Shown in pieces: positions 8,634 through 22,257 of a DNA stretch of 64,000 bases; the first letter of the stretch is position 1, and the number at the start of each line of letters is the position of its first letter. The DNA comes from Camelus dromedarius (lineage: Eukaryota). Where the stretch lies: the NCBI RefSeq assembly GCF_036321535.1, contig NC_087445.1, forward strand, positions 77,872,001 through 77,936,000. Reading direction: 5' to 3'. The translations under genes and the position numbers were made by a program. A model generated the notes under the pieces. That model ran no database searches and was not told the DNA's origin. It saw nothing but the letters and a program-made list of their open reading frames with translations.

Positions 8634-11600
8634 TTGAGGACAGGCAGGCTGGACGCCCTCGCGGCACGCCCACCTGCGCACCCAGCACGCGGGATGCTCT
8701 GCTCACAGCTGTGTCCTCCGAGTGGGGTCGTCGTCCTGGAAAACGCGAGATTTCAGATAAACAAAAAACGTCGGTGTGAGCACGTCCATGCGATCACATG
8801 GGTGCTGCGTCTGAAATTCGCGTGTAACAGGCGTAGAGATGAACAGGGCTCATCTGCTAAACGCAGCCGCCCCGGGGGCCCCGCCGAGGCTGCCAGAGCA
8901 CCGCACGGCGGACGCGTCCTGCTCTCCAGGCGCCGGGAAGCGGCTCCTTCCTTGACCGGACGGGCCAGTGATCAAAGCCACAGCAACAATGGCCGTAGCA
9001 GCAACAATAATAATTAATAACAATAGTAAGTCACCTCCCACGGGACACTCAGGACGGCGGCTCACACTGGCCGCTGTTCACTGGGTTTTCGCCCTGGGCT
9101 CTGCATCCGGCTCGTGTCTCAGGCGCTCCATCCCGCTGAACCCCCGTCAGACTCCAGGGAAGCGGGAAGCTGGAGCCCGGGAGGGGGCTGCGGACGTGAC
9201 CTCCACCCTGAGCGTGGGTGCGATCACACCAGCCTCACCGCGCAGTCAGCAAGAGCGGGTCCCGCCCCAGCCCACGGCCGGCACGGCCAAGGGCAGTCGG
9301 GTCACGGGCTGCAGGCGATTCGGCTCGACACCTGCTGGGGGCTGTGGCTCAGGGCGGGGTGACTGGTCCTGCTCCCCACAGACCCTACAGAGGAAAGGAG
9401 TCCGAGATGCGGGCCAAGCGAGGCCCCGAGCCTGCCTGCAGGTGTCGGTGGGGATGCAGGTGTCTGTGACCACGGGAGCAGGCGCCGGGTTCATCCACCT
9501 CGGCCTCCCGGGGCCAGTGTTGGACTCCGGACCCTGCAAGGCTGATGGTGTTCGGAGCCAGGAGGCCAGGCAGGGTGCACGGCGAGCTACGGGGCCCTCC
9601 GGTCGGGCAGCAGGTGTGGCCGCAGCAGTGGAGCTGCCTCCTCGTTCCAGCCCCTGGGGCCTCTGAGGCCCAGCAGCACAAGGGCTCCGCAGTTAAAGGG
9701 AAGAGAGAGCTTTCAGGAAGGGCTGCCTGAACTCCGTGAAAGCGGCTTCTCTAAAAAGCATCCATTAGGGGAGGGAGCAGGCTGCTCTGCTGACAGCGAC
9801 ATCCTTCCTGCACGTTTGCAGAAACCCCACCCGGGAAAGGCCCCTGGGCTTGGTGGGGCCTGGCGGCGCCTCCCTCCCTGGCCCCGCCCTGGCGTGGGAT
9901 GGCTCTGTGATGTCCTGCCGCTGACGCCTCACAGCCGGGTTCACAGGGGCAGGCTGACCCTGGAGCTCCCCGATTGAGCACCAGGGACTGAGGACAAGGA
10001 CGGCCAGTAGCAGGCTCCCTCCGCCTCCTCTGGGCGGCTGAGCGAACACGAGGAAATGGGTGTCCGGGGAGAGAGAGAAGCTGCTTCCTGAAGTGTGTCC
10101 TTACTAGTGGCAGAGCCCGGGCCCCAGCCAAGTGTCTCGCTCCGGCTGGACGCTCGTGACGCGGCGCGATCTGGTGACAGATGACTTAAAACAGCTACAC
10201 GTGTTTCCCACCTCTCAGCACCCCCACACTTACCAGGACAAGACTCGGCCAGCGGCAGGGCCACCACCGCCAGCAGCGCTGACGGAGCCCCGCTCTGTAC
10301 CGGGGCTTAGACCCGGCTCTGGGCCAGGCCCTTCAATTCGCTGAATCGCCATCAGATGAATATTTGAGGTCACCGAAGAGATTGGCCAAAGGGTCCCATT
10401 TGCTAAATGCATCGCCCAGAAAGCATTTCCAGACCCACCTGCAGCCTCGCCCTGAGCCGCGGAAACGTACATTGCCCAGAGGGTCCTGGGCCCAGGCCTG
10501 GTGTCACTGTCGCCCCGAAGTGAGTGAGGGCGGGCAAGGGCCCGGGCGCTGCCTGGTCTCTCTGCCCAGCCCCCCTCCCCTGGGGCCAGGCTGCCCTCTT
10601 GGGGGCAGAAGATGGGGTGGAGGTGTTTCAGACCCTCTCCTGGGGAGGCCCGTCCAGCCCCTAGTGACGAAACCACGGGCCCTCGGAGCAAACGCTCAGC
10701 AGCCGCGACCCCCAGTCAGACCCCTGCGGCCTCTCTGCTGCCTGAGGCCAGCCGGGGACGGGCACTCCCCTCGGCCGATGCGGGCTGTCTGGGCACATGA
10801 GGACCCGCGGGCAGCGCCTACCTGCCGGGAAGGGGGCAGAGCCCAGCATCTCTGACCAGAGGTGCCCACCCCCCGCCCCACCTGACGCGGGGCCTGAGCG
10901 GGGGGCCTCCGCGGGCTGGGATGCCAGCGCCACCGGCCGGCGCCCTCTGCTCCTCTAAGAAGAACGCTCAAGAGGGCGTTTGCCGAGGGCGCTGTAGCTT
11001 CAGGTCCCGAGCCACCTGTGGTCTGGGTGGGAGACGGATGTTCACGGGCGGGCTCATGAGCTGGACTCCCAGCCCAGAGCTTGGAGGGGCGGCCCCTCCG
11101 CTAGGGCACTGCGTTGACACGCAGCGTCACCATCACAGAGGCCCAGGAGTTCTCCACCAGGAGCCAGCTGGGGTCCCCGGGCAACGAAGTCTAAACCACA
11201 CACACAGGGAGGAAGGCAGATTCGTGGGAAGCGCCCTGGCCTTGGGGCAGGTGGCCGGTCCCGTGGAGACTGCCGCTCACGGGACCTGCGAAGCCTCGCC
11301 CGCTGCGCGCTGACCGCCGTGCTCGGGGTCTCGGCTGTCGGGTGGGATGGAGCCGTGCCCAGCCCCCCACCCCGGGGGCCTGCAGCGCTGAGGAGACAGC
11401 GTGAGTGCGGGTGTGGGCTGGCTCCGAGTCCGCGATGCTCTGCACGCTGGAGGTGTTATTAAGCCGATTTATTACCCGGGATGTCCCTCCCAGCCAAGCC
11501 CATTTCAGACCAATTAAACTGAAAAACGGCTGCAGAAGACTGTACGCTGGGAGTCTGCGAAGCCGCTAGCCCTGGGCCCTGCGCTTCCACTCCTGTGGGG

Positions 11601-12611
11601 CTGTGCCCGGCTCTGCTCGGCCTGCCTGTGGCCCCGAAGTGGTCAGGCCCCAGTGCCTGGAACCCGTGCACGTTAGGCCCCATGGGATCAGGGTCTGTGC
11701 AGGTGTGACTGAGGGTGCGCGGGGGGTGGGAGCCCTGGGCGGTCCGGGTGGGCCCGGCCTTACGGCGAAGGTCCTCATCAAAGGAGGGCAGGGGGACGTC
11801 GGACACAGAAGAGAAGCCACATGAAGGTGGAGGCAGGGACCGGGGCGATGCGGCCACAAGCCCAGGGACTCCTGGGGCCACGAGGGGCCGGAAGGGGCAG
11901 GCAGGACCCTCCCCTGGAGACTCCAGAGGGAGCAGGGCCCTGGGACACCTGGGTTTTGGACTCCAGCCCCTAGACCTGGGAGAGGATTCATTTCTGCTGC
12001 TGTCGGCCCCCCGGCTTGCGGTTCTTTGTAGGGGCAGCCAGCACACTGCCCGGAGGGCGAAGCCTGCTGGGGCCTGGGTCGTGGTCTCTCCCGTCTGACA
12101 GATGTGGACCGCTGATGGAGATGATGGCCCTGGGCCCAGGCCGGGCACCCCGCGTCCTCGCAGGGCCAGCCCTCACCCGGCCTGGCTGGCTTGGGGTTCG
12201 TGTCGTCTCCCGTGTCCTCCATCAGGTCCACTTCCTTGGGACGGTGAGGCCTCAGGGGGGTCTCCTCTGGGACACGTGACGAGACGGCGCTCGGCACTCC
12301 TGAGTTAGCTGGCTCCTCAGGTGAGACCCAGAGAAGCTTTGGCAGCACCGAAACCCCAGGGGAAGCCGGGTTCTGGCCCACTGAGCCCTGGGGCTGCACC
12401 TGCGGTCCAAAGTGGTCTTGGCCAAGCTCTGGTCCCCGTCCTGGGGTCCAGGCGCCGATTTGCCAGCAGCCCTGATTTGGATGACTCCATGAGGACCTCA
12501 GGAGCTCATGGGCTTCCTGGTGGGTGTCTGGGCTAGGCCCATGTGTCCTTCTCTGGCCAGTCACAGTGCCCCAGTTCTTTGGTCACCTGCCACGTGGCCA
12601 CGTGGCCTCCC

Positions 12612-12715
12612 TCCTCACTCCTCCATCCTCCTTCCTCCGTCCTCCCTCCCCTGTCCTCCCTCCCCCATCATCCCTCCTCCATCCTCCCCCATCATCCCTC
12701 CTCCCTCCTCCGTCT
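12612..12715. repeat. (CCT)-rich polypyrimidine tract
   Basis: About 100 nt almost entirely C/T, with a repeated CCCCCATCATCCCTCCTCC unit. Confidence 0.8.
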
Positions 12716-15700
12716 TCTGTGCCGCAGCTCCCGAGGCAGCCGAAACGTGCCACTTCCCACGTGTGTCTCTGGGAAAAGGTCACAGGGGCTGCTTGGCCCA
12801 CGACACATAGGACTCAGAGGTGGGATGGGCTTTGCTTGGAAAAGCGTCACATGATCTTCAAAGACCCAAATCTCTGAGCACTGCCCCCACTGCAGTGCCG
12901 TTAAACCACATTTGGGCACAAACATTGTCTCCAGAAGGTTCTGAAGGTAAGTCCCACACGTCAGACTGGGGTGGGAGGTCCTGTCATTCCCCACGGCTGC
13001 CTTTCCTGCTGGAACTCGACCTCTCTGCCTGGGACTGCCCCCACCCGACTTCTCACTACCCGTGTCCCCAGACCCAACGCGCCCTGCAGCCGCCCTGCTC
13101 CCTCCTCCCCGGGACTCTCCCCTGCACGTTGGCACCCATCAGCTTTACCCGGGAAATGCGACCATTGTGCCCGCCCCCAGTGAGCCCTCCTGACCCCTGG
13201 CCCCTCTCCCAGGAGACGGTCACCTCTGTTCGTGGGGCTGAGCTCAAGGCTGGGCGTGGTGGGAGGCACGTCCTCTGAGACAGTCACTTAATACAGGCAG
13301 GGGGAGTGGAGAGGGGGACAGGGTGGGCTCTGGGGGGCGGCCCACCGTGCCGAGCTGCGCCGTGCCCCCCACACCGAGCGCCCACTCCCTTGCCGGCGCA
13401 GAAACTTCCTGCTGTGTTTGGAAGATGCCCCCAGATGCCCTCATTGCTCCCAGCTTCTCCACACGGGGCCCCGCAGTCTGCAGCCAACTTTATGCTGCAA
13501 ACGAGTATGAAATATGACAACCAGAACGAACCACACTGTCCTCATGAATATGCAGGTGGGCCATCTCGGTGGCCTCCGCGGCTCTCCAGAGCAGGGAGCT
13601 GCTCGGCCACGGGGGTGGCGGGAGGGCGGGAAGCCAGGTCCCAGGCCCGGCCGGCGGGGAGTGCGGGTAACACAGCCTGCAGCCCCTCTTCTAGGCCACC
13701 GCCCGCCCTTTGGGGACCGTCTCAGGAGGGGAAAAGAGACTTCCCTGCCTGGGCGCCCTTCTCCTGCAGAAAGGGACCTGGGGGAGACGCTCAGTGCCAG
13801 CCCCGCAGGCCTGCCTCTGGCCCAGCAGGTGACAGTGGACGTGCCTGCCGCCTGGCACATGGCAGCCCCTCAAGGCATCCACGTTGCAATGAGAAAGGTA
13901 GAAATGGCCTAAATCCCCCAAAATGAGGGGCTGGACAACGCGGCGTGGGCACTGAGCCCCTGGGGGCCCCTCCCCCTCAAACACACCCCTGGGCTACCAA
14001 GGATGTGCGGACACAAGACAGTGCTCGCTTCAGCCCCAAGAGGGCCGCCCAGGCTGCATGGCTTCGAGCGGGGTGGGGGCTGGCCCTGGAGCCCATTCTC
14101 CCCTCCCCACCCGGGGCCTGGGCTCCTGCCGCCCCACCTGATCTGGGGCGTGTGGGGGGGCCCTGGACCCTGAGGCTGCTCCACCCCCAGGTTCCCCCAA
14201 GACTTGGCTCCACTGCTTCTGACCTCAGATCTTTAGGAAACCCTCGGCCTCACCCTGCCCCAGCCGGGGGGCCTGTGCGTGTTTGAGTGCGTGCGTGAGT
14301 GCATGCGCACATGTGTGTGACCCTGCACACGGGCAGCGTGTGCACTGCCTCTGCCAAGTGCGACCCCTGCAGGTGAGCACCCTCACCTGGTCCGACTCCC
14401 CTCAGGACCCTCCAGGGACAGGACGCGGACCCAGCTGCAACCCCAGACCCAGGACCCCATGCCCTGGGGCCCTGTGTGCCGCACCCTGCTCCCCTACTTC
14501 GCGGTGCCTTTGCTCCAAAGCCCTGTGCCCGTCACCCTTGGTGCGGCCCCTGGAGCCAGTTTGCCTCTCCGTGCAGGGAGCCAGGCCCAGCTCTCACCAC
14601 CTTGAACTGCTCTGCCAGAAGCTTCTAGAAGACGTGGTGCTGGGTCCCTGATTCCCTTCTGCAAAGTGCTCCTGCCAGGAACGGACCCCCAGCTCAGAGA
14701 TGACCAATGCCTCGGCCAGTCGGCAACAGATGGAATTCTCTGTCTCTGGGAAGAGCAGACCCATTCACAGCGGTCAGCGTGTGCGGGGAGCACAGACAGA
14801 TGCGGGCGTCCTGTCCCCACCCCACCTCGGGCTTCCCTCCCAGGCAGGCTCATAGGCTGCGGGGGGCACTGTCCCCCAGTTCCCAGGCAGGTTCCGCCCC
14901 CACCTCAAGAGGCTCCTCTTCCCACCACCCGCTCAAGGGACACTTCCTGTCCCAGTGGGAGCCATTCCTGCCCCGCCCGGCGGGGTCAGGCCTCTGGGTG
15001 GCTCCCCCCAAACACGTACAGTGTCTTGCCATTTGTGGGGACAGGATCGCAGCTATAAGTCGGGGCAGGTCGGCCTCTCCCACCAGCCTGCGAGCAGGGT
15101 CATCTCCATCGGGGGAGATTCTCTCACCGAGCAGGGCCCGCAGCCCCTCCATGTCTAGGGGGCAGCCTCTTTCCTGCTGTTCCTCATCCCCCATGGCCCG
15201 GGAGCCGGCTGAGCACAAGCCACTCGTCCCCTTGTACAGATGTTTATGGATGAGGGCGCGGGGCGTCCCCCGGCACTCTTAGAAGGACCACTAAGGTAAC
15301 GGTGCTTTGGAAACTGGCCGCAGAAGGGCCGTCGCGGTTCGCGGGGGGAGGGCAGGACCCACAGCCCCGACAGCAGGCACAGACATCCACAGGCGGGAGC
15401 AGGCGTCTCGGGGCCCAGAGGGTGATGGCAAGTCAGCCTGCCCGGAGCAGCCTTCCGGCCACCTGGGCGGGCCCAGCACGCAGCAGGCAGGCAGGGTTTG
15501 CTGAGCAAAGTAACGCTGAAGACGAGGGTGGCAAGAACCATTTCTTGGGGAGGAATCTGGCCAAAAAGGAACAAGATCCTTGTAAATTAAAAAAAGGGAC
15601 AGGCGACGTGGGAACCGGGTCCTTCGGTGGCTTTGGCAGGAACACGAGGTGCTGTCCCCACAGCGGCCGCCCCCCCCACCACACCTGCTCGTGCTGCTGC

Positions 15701-16689
15701 CGCGCGGCGGCCTCCCGGCCTCCCGGCAGAGGTGCCCCGCGTCCCCCTCGCCGCTGCTGGGAGGGAAGACGGCTCCGTCCTCACGCGGATGGCTCGCCGA
15801 GCCTCACAGGGGCTCGGTGGGCACCCTAGCCATCCCGTTGTGCAGACCAGGAAATCGAGGTCCAGGGACGCAGGAAGTGCTGCCTGGGCCCCTCCTCGGC
15901 CCTCCTCTGCGCGCTCCCGGCGTCGCCCTTCGCGGCTTCCGGGGGTCCCTCCGGACGCGCCTGGCAGGCCTGAGCCCGGGCCTCGCTTGTGGACAGGAGC
16001 GGACCGCCGCCCACGAGACTCACCCTGAGCGGCTCGGCCGGCACTTTGCCGTGAAACGCGCATCACGTGAAACCCAGCGCTCGACCGCGTGGCGTGCTCG
16101 GCTCAGCAGCCCTGAGCGCAGGCGCGCTGCCCTGCAGACACCGCCTCGTCCGTCTCCAGGGCGTTCTCCTCTCCCCACACTGACCCTCTGGGCCCAGTAG
16201 ACGCCCCCTCCCCAGCCCTCCCTGGCCCGGCCCCGCCGCCTACTTCCCGACTCGGTGGATTTGCCTCTTCTGGGTGCGTAGCATCACCCTTGTCTTTTCC
16301 AGGCTGACCTGTTTCACCCAGCACCATGTCCTCTGGGCTCATCCTCGCTGCGGCCCGTGCCAGGACTTCCTCCCTTTTACGCTGGGTGGCCCCCAGAGGG
16401 TGGGTGTGCCGCGTCTGAGGGACATCCGGCTGCTCCCACCTTCAGCAGCTGTGACGGCGCTGCGGTGGACGTGGGTGTGCAAGTGTCCGGCAGGACCCCC
16501 GCCCCGTCCTTCGGGGCGCGCTCAGCATGGGGTTGCAGGACGCCCAGGGGTAGTTTAAGTTCGTGCTCTCCAAGGCAGCCCCGAGCCGCCCCCCGGCAGC
16601 TGCGTGGGGGCAGCTGCTCGGGACACGCGGGATCTCATTTCTCCACAGCCTCACCAACACTTGTTTGCCGCTCTTTTTGGATAATAGAT

Positions 16690-16860
16690 ACCCAAACGTC
16701 TGCATTGGCATCTTACACATTATCTCATTGACTCTTTTATTCCCTAAGATGGGAAAGTAATAACCTCTCATTTTGCAGTTATGCCCGTTTAAGGAGGAGG
16801 AGGCATGGGTCAGGGCTGAGCAGTGTGCTGTGTGTCACGCGGCTGGTGAGGGCCCGGCAG
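16690..16860 (-). mobile_element. MIR SINE fragment
   Basis: AATAACCTCTCATTTTGCAG...GAGGAGGCATGGGTCAGGGCTGAGCAGTGTGCTGTGTGTCACGCGGCTGGTGAG resembles an antisense MIR core. Confidence 0.5.
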
Positions 16861-17280
16861 GCCCCAGGTGGTCCAGTGGGGACACTTCAAGGACACCCTC
16901 AGTCCTGACTTGTCAAATGAGCACCTTCGGGAGTGAACGGATGAGTCAGTGATGAGTGAATGAGCAGCAGTACGTGTGTGGGACTAACCAGGGGTCACCT
17001 TGGGGAGTGGCTGCTGGCTTCTCCTGGGAGGGGGACCCTCAGGTGACAGAAGGGGACAGCCAGCTGTGGGGGTCCAGGGAGGACCCGCAGGTATGGAGCC
17101 CTGAAAGGAGGGCTGTGGAGGGAGCAGAAGCTCCATTTTGCAGAAAAGGGGAGCAAATGCACCTCTGGGGCTTGGACAGCCAGAGCCACGTCACGGCCAG
17201 GTCAGGCCAGAGCAGCGGGGTGGAGGTGCAGATGGAGGCTGCCTGAGGCCAGCAGGACCGGGGAGGATGGCAACCAGGGC

Positions 17281-17320
17281 TACACGCACACGCACACGCA
17301 CACGCGCACGCGCACACACG
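17281..17320. repeat. 40-nt perfect alternating purine-pyrimidine tract, (CACGCA)n-like
   Basis: TACACGCACACGCACACGCACACGCGCACGCGCACACACG. Confidence 0.9.
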
Positions 17321-17699
17321 GTCTCTGCAGGGTCGGCGAGCACCGACTCTGCACCCAGCACTGTTCCAGGGGCTCCGTGAGCCTTAAGTCACCAAGCAGC
17401 CCTGAGTGATGAGGAGCTGACCCTCCGGGGCATCCTGGCTCGAGGTCAGAGGTTAGGATCTGAGCCCAGCCCTCCTGAGTCAGAGCTGGGGAGAGCGCAG
17501 GGCCGGGTTGTCTGCCGGCTGGGGGTGGGGGGCAGGGAGGGCCGTCCTCCAGGTGGCCAGCTCTCCGCCAGGTGGGGACCCATCCAGGGCAGGGGGGCTG
17601 GGGAGATGGGGGAGGTGGAGAGAGGCGCCCGCTCGGGGCCAGGCCAGAAGATGAAAACATGTGAGAAAATGACCAATTCGTCCATTCAATACTTGTATT

Positions 17700-17830
17700 C
17701 ATTCATTTTAAATTTCAACCAGAAAGCCTTCCATTATGAAAGTTTTCCAATGTGTCAAGTAGACATGGTTTGCTGTACCTGCGTGTACCTGTGACCCGGT
17801 GTAGCAACCGCAGCCACCAACACACGGCCA
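17700..17830 (-). mobile_element. Ancient L1 (L1ME-like) 3' fragment
   Basis: CCATTATGAAAGTTTTCCAATGTGTCAAGTAGAC...GTACCTGTGACCCGG resembles an antisense L1ME 3' end. Confidence 0.45.
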
Positions 17831-20800
17831 CTCCCGGGGGCGGGCGCTTCCCACTGCGCCGCATGGGGGGGGGGGCCGCGTGATGCCTGGCTGTCCCTTG
17901 TCTACTCTGACACAGCCTCCGGAAGCTGCTGGCCGCCTGTCCGTCTGCTGCTTCACTAGCTTTGCGCCGGGGCTGCCCTCGCCCCCGCCCCGTGCTCCTG
18001 AACTGGAGGGTCCTGACAAGGGGAACTTTCCGCTGAGCGGCCTCCGAGGGGAGGGACAGAGGGTGCCTGACCACCCCTGGGGTTCTCTGGCTTCCAGAGG
18101 GAGGAGGCGGCGCTGAGCCCTCCTGGCCCCCAGGGGGGCTCTCCGTAGCCTGGGGCTGAGCTCACCGATTTCCTCCTTCGTGGTGTGTTTCGGCCCACTA
18201 CAGCTGCTACTTGTACACACAGACTGTCCATCGTCGACTTACCGGGAGTGTCTGCAAGCTATGTCCTCTTGAAAACTCTTTGCTTTAAAAAGAAAAACTT
18301 TTTTCCATCTTTTATGAATCACTTTGCAGTTTGTACAAAGCCAGCCTCCGACGGGGACCCCAGGGCCCCAATTCCCATGTGCCCTCCGTCTGACCCGTGG
18401 ACACTGCGTCCCTCCGAACGTCTCTGCTGCTTGGTCCTCCTTCTCCTGTGGCCTCCGCACCATGTCCTCAAGGGCTGAGCCAATCAACCCAGGATCTCCA
18501 GGAACAGCTCTGTGGCCCCGGGGACGCGGCCTCTGGGAAACACGCAAGGAGAGGACGCGGCCCAGGCCGGGCCGCCTGGGCCTGGCCCCTCTCCACCCCC
18601 ATCCAGGCCAAGTGGTTAGAATTACCTCAGGTCTTACGTGAATGACTTACATGGATATACACAGGCACTTTTTTTTTTTATTACAATTTTTTTTAGGGTT
18701 TTATCATCAGAACAAGAAATGCAGTCTTCTCAGCTCCATAGGGAGTGTTTTGGGGTGTGACCCAGCCATCTCCACCCTCCTGCGCGTCTCTGTGGACAGA
18801 CCACAGGTCTCCCCAAGGGGACTGCGGTCAAACCGTAGTGTTTGTCGCTTTCTCAGGAAAGGTCTTAGAGGCCCACCCTCTCCTGGGATCCTGGGGCAGC
18901 AGAGGGGACACACGGTGAGTACCAGCCGAGCGGAGACCGCAGAGTCATGGAAAGGCCGCAGTCCGGGAATGTCCCACCTGCAGGCTTGAGTTCCCCAGAG
19001 ACATCCCAGAGCTGAGGTCGGAAGTTTCCAGAAAGGCCCTTGCATTTTGCTGTCGCTCCTGCTCTGCCTCCCCGGGGAGCAGCCAGAGAGGCACCCGGGA
19101 ATCCAGGACACACGGGGGGGCGGGTGTCTCAGGGTCCCGGGGCGGTGGGGGGGGGGCTCTGGACACGCCCACACCTGCCGCGCCCTGGGTCACTGGACGA
19201 CGTGTGGAGGCCGCTGGCCGTGGCTGGCCCAGCCCGCAGCGCGCACTCAGCTCAGGCAAAATCACCCTGGCGGGGCCCCAGCCCCCGGCCCCGCGGCCTT
19301 CACCTTCCCGCCAGCTCTCCTGGTCGCCCAGAGCCCGGGTCTCCCGGACTGCTTCCTCCAGCAGGACTGAAAGCGCGCAGGGCGAGGAAAAGCCCCGGAA
19401 GGCGCTGCCTCCACGGAGGTGAGGGGCCTGAGACGGAAGCAGAGCGCGCGGCTTTTGGGGGGGCCCAGCGAGCCCCCGAGATGGGGGAATGCCATCGAGT
19501 TCCCGGGGCCGCCCCGTGTGCTTTGGGCCTAGAGTCCTCTCCTTGGGGAGCCAGTTCTGAAGGTACATGGACCCCAGGTTGACCTTGAATTTAGAAAGAT
19601 GAGATCGTATCTCTGCCCAGCCCACCTGCCCTCTCCTTTGATTGCATTTCCATTAAAATCCAGTGGAAACAAGGCCGGCAGCTCACCAGGCTAGGCCAGG
19701 TCCCAGGGTCCGGGGTGGGCTTCGCTGCTTACACGCCTGTCTAACAATCACCCGGGTTTCACTCGACACCTGTTCTGTGGTGGAGGCACGCGGGAGCCAC
19801 GCTCACTGGCTCGTGAGCGGGAAAGGCGTGTGCACACCGCGCGGGCTGAGCATCCCTTTCTTTAAAGATGGAAAGTGTTGGAAGTTACTTCCTTTCCTTT
19901 GTAGCACAGGATTTCATCTTAAGGGTATAAAAAAAAAATTGTCGAAAAGGGAACGAGCCATACACATACATCTTAAAGTCTGCAGCCTCAGCCAGTAAAC
20001 AAGACAGCAAAAGAGGACAGAGCAAAAAATACTTTCATTGCACAAAACTGGAAAAGTCAACATTAATTATTCATAACGAATTCCTTCAAGAAAAACCCGC
20101 CTGCACGTGCAGACCCTTCTCCCAGCCCGGGTCCCACTGAGTTGAAAGGGCTTATTTACGATCTGCACCCCGATGCGATGCAGAGACAGAAGCCCGAGGC
20201 TGGTGTTTCTGGCCCCACCTCTTCCCAGCCGCCAGGCCCCAGGCCAGCTCTCCTAGGCTGAGCTGCTCCTGCCCAGCGCGCAGGAGAGTCGCACTAACCG
20301 CCTCTCCCTGTGGGGCGAGCGCCTCTCTCCCAGGCAACTTCCCTGAAGCACGCGCTCTGCTTCCTTCTCAAGGTCCAGGTGGCCCATCGGTGAGGGGCAG
20401 GGGGCCGATGTGCTTCACAGAGAGGGCTTATAAAGAAAGGGCAGCGGCATGTTAAAATGTTCCTTTTCTCTGTGTGACTCAAGGCGGTGCGACGGGTTCA
20501 GAGGAGGGTGGAGGGGGCAGGAGGGGGCACGCTGCTCACGAAGGTGTGGAGAGAGGGGCCCCGTGGCCTCTGGGCAGAAACCCAGTGTCCTGATACACCC
20601 CTTGCTTTGGCCTGAAAAAGATGCCCCAGGGCCACCCTGTTTAGTTCTCAGCCCCAAACTGGACCAGCGCTTCCTCCGAAGACCCCTGGATCCTCTTAGT
20701 GGGAAGATGCTGCGTCACGATCGCAATGTGGGTGCGAGGGGTGGTCACTGTTTCTAGGCTTTTTCTCACACACGTTCAGGAGAAGACACATCCCAATGTC

Positions 20801-21719
20801 AGTGCTTTTTCCAAGTCAAACGTCGGATTCCTGGCTTTTAATACAATTCATTTCACCAGGTGACTGTGTTTCTTTCCTCTTGCCTCCAGCGTCTTAATCC
20901 TGCTTGCTGGGCCCCCGGTGAGCGTGTGCGCCCCAGACACGCTCACACGGTATGTTCAGCGTTAACAGCATCCCTGTTCTTGCTGACAACAAAGACACCA
21001 GGAATAGTTCGGTGGCTTCGCCTCTTCTCGGCGGGAGGACGCACAAGGCAGGGCTCGCTCGGTGCTCACGGTGTTTGAAGGTTCCGGAAATAGCTCACAA
21101 GGCGGCACATGCAGAGGTGGCCGGCGCCCCTCCCTGTCCCTGCCCACCGGAAACCGCGACCTCACCGGGGGTTTAATTTTCCCTGCCACGTTTCACAGCA
21201 TAAGGGAGGAATAGTGTGTGTCTTTGCACGTATTATCCGAAGTCATAGCCCCTTTCTTAAGTTAAATGTGGCCTCTGCACACTTTCGCTTCCGACGTGCC
21301 CCGTGGTCCTGTGGGCCGGGATGGAGGATGACGCTGTTGTTTTTGCAGCTGCGCAGAACCGCCGGGGCCGCTCTGCACCTCACCCCCCTGTCCCTCGCCG
21401 GCAGCCTGGGGTCTGCAGCCCGCCATGCTGCTGCCAGCGGACTTTGGCTACAGGCCGCCAGGTTATGTTATTTTGCATTCTGTGTTAATTTCCCGGGGCA
21501 GCCGTAAAACAGGACCTCAAAATGGGCAGCTCGAGACAACAGAAACGTCTTCTCTTTCGGTTCTGGAGGATAGAAGTACAAAACCAAGGGTCAGCAGAGC
21601 CCCCACTCCCTCTGAAACCCGCGGGGGAGAATTTGCCTTTGCTTCTGGTATTGCCAGAGAACGTGGCGTTCCTGGGCTAGGCCACGCACCACTCCCGTCC
21701 CCACCTCCACTGTCACACA

Positions 21720-21910
21720 GCATCTTCCTCCTGGTTGCTCTCCCCTCTTCTTACCAGGACCCCAGTCCTGTGGGATTGCGCCGCCCTGATGGTCTCGTCT
21801 TGACCTGACCACACCTGCAAAGGCCTCTCCCCAAACAGGGCCACAGCCACAGGTAACAGGAGTTGGGGCGGCAGCATATCTTTGGGGGGACACAATTCAA
21901 CCCTAAACAC
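21720..21910 (-). mobile_element. MaLR LTR (MLT1) 5' portion
   Basis: Ends CATATCTTTGGGGGGACACAATTCAACCCTAAACA, the reverse complement of the MLT1 5' end. Confidence 0.8.
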
Positions 21911-22104
21911 ATTCCTGCAAGAACGATGAGCGCGCCGGTTCCTCCCAGTCTCACCTGCAGAGCAGGCGTCACACACCCAGAATTTTTCAGTCTGGCCACT
22001 GAGAGATGGCGTCTCCGTGTCGTTTCAATTTGCGCCTCTAAGGTGATGAATGTGGTTGGGCATCTCCTGATCTGTTTAAGGGACAGCTCCCCTTCTCTTT
22101 TCTT

Positions 22105-22255
22105 TGAGCAACAAGAAGATTTTATTAAGTGCTCACCATGAGCCTGGAATGCTGTTCCCCAGGCGTCTTACCGTGAGCAAGACAGACCCGAACTCCTGTC
22201 TTCAATAAGCTTGCTTTCTCCTGGGGAGGAAAGATGATAAATAAGTTACACACAC
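22105..22255 (-). mobile_element. L2 3' end
   Basis: AAGATTTTATTAAGTGCTCACCATGAGCCTGGAATGCTGTT...GAGCAAGACAGAC...GCTTGCTTTCTCCTGGGGAGG. Confidence 0.65.
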
Positions 22256-22257
22256 GG

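Noticed and set aside
14850-15218. Minus-strand ORF with LRALLGERISPDGDDPARRLVGEADL, faintly like a calmodulin/CaBP inter-EF-hand segment
   Set aside because: No DxDxDG loop follows, and I see no flanking homology or poly-A/TSD. Probably chance; a BLASTX of 14600-15300 would settle it.
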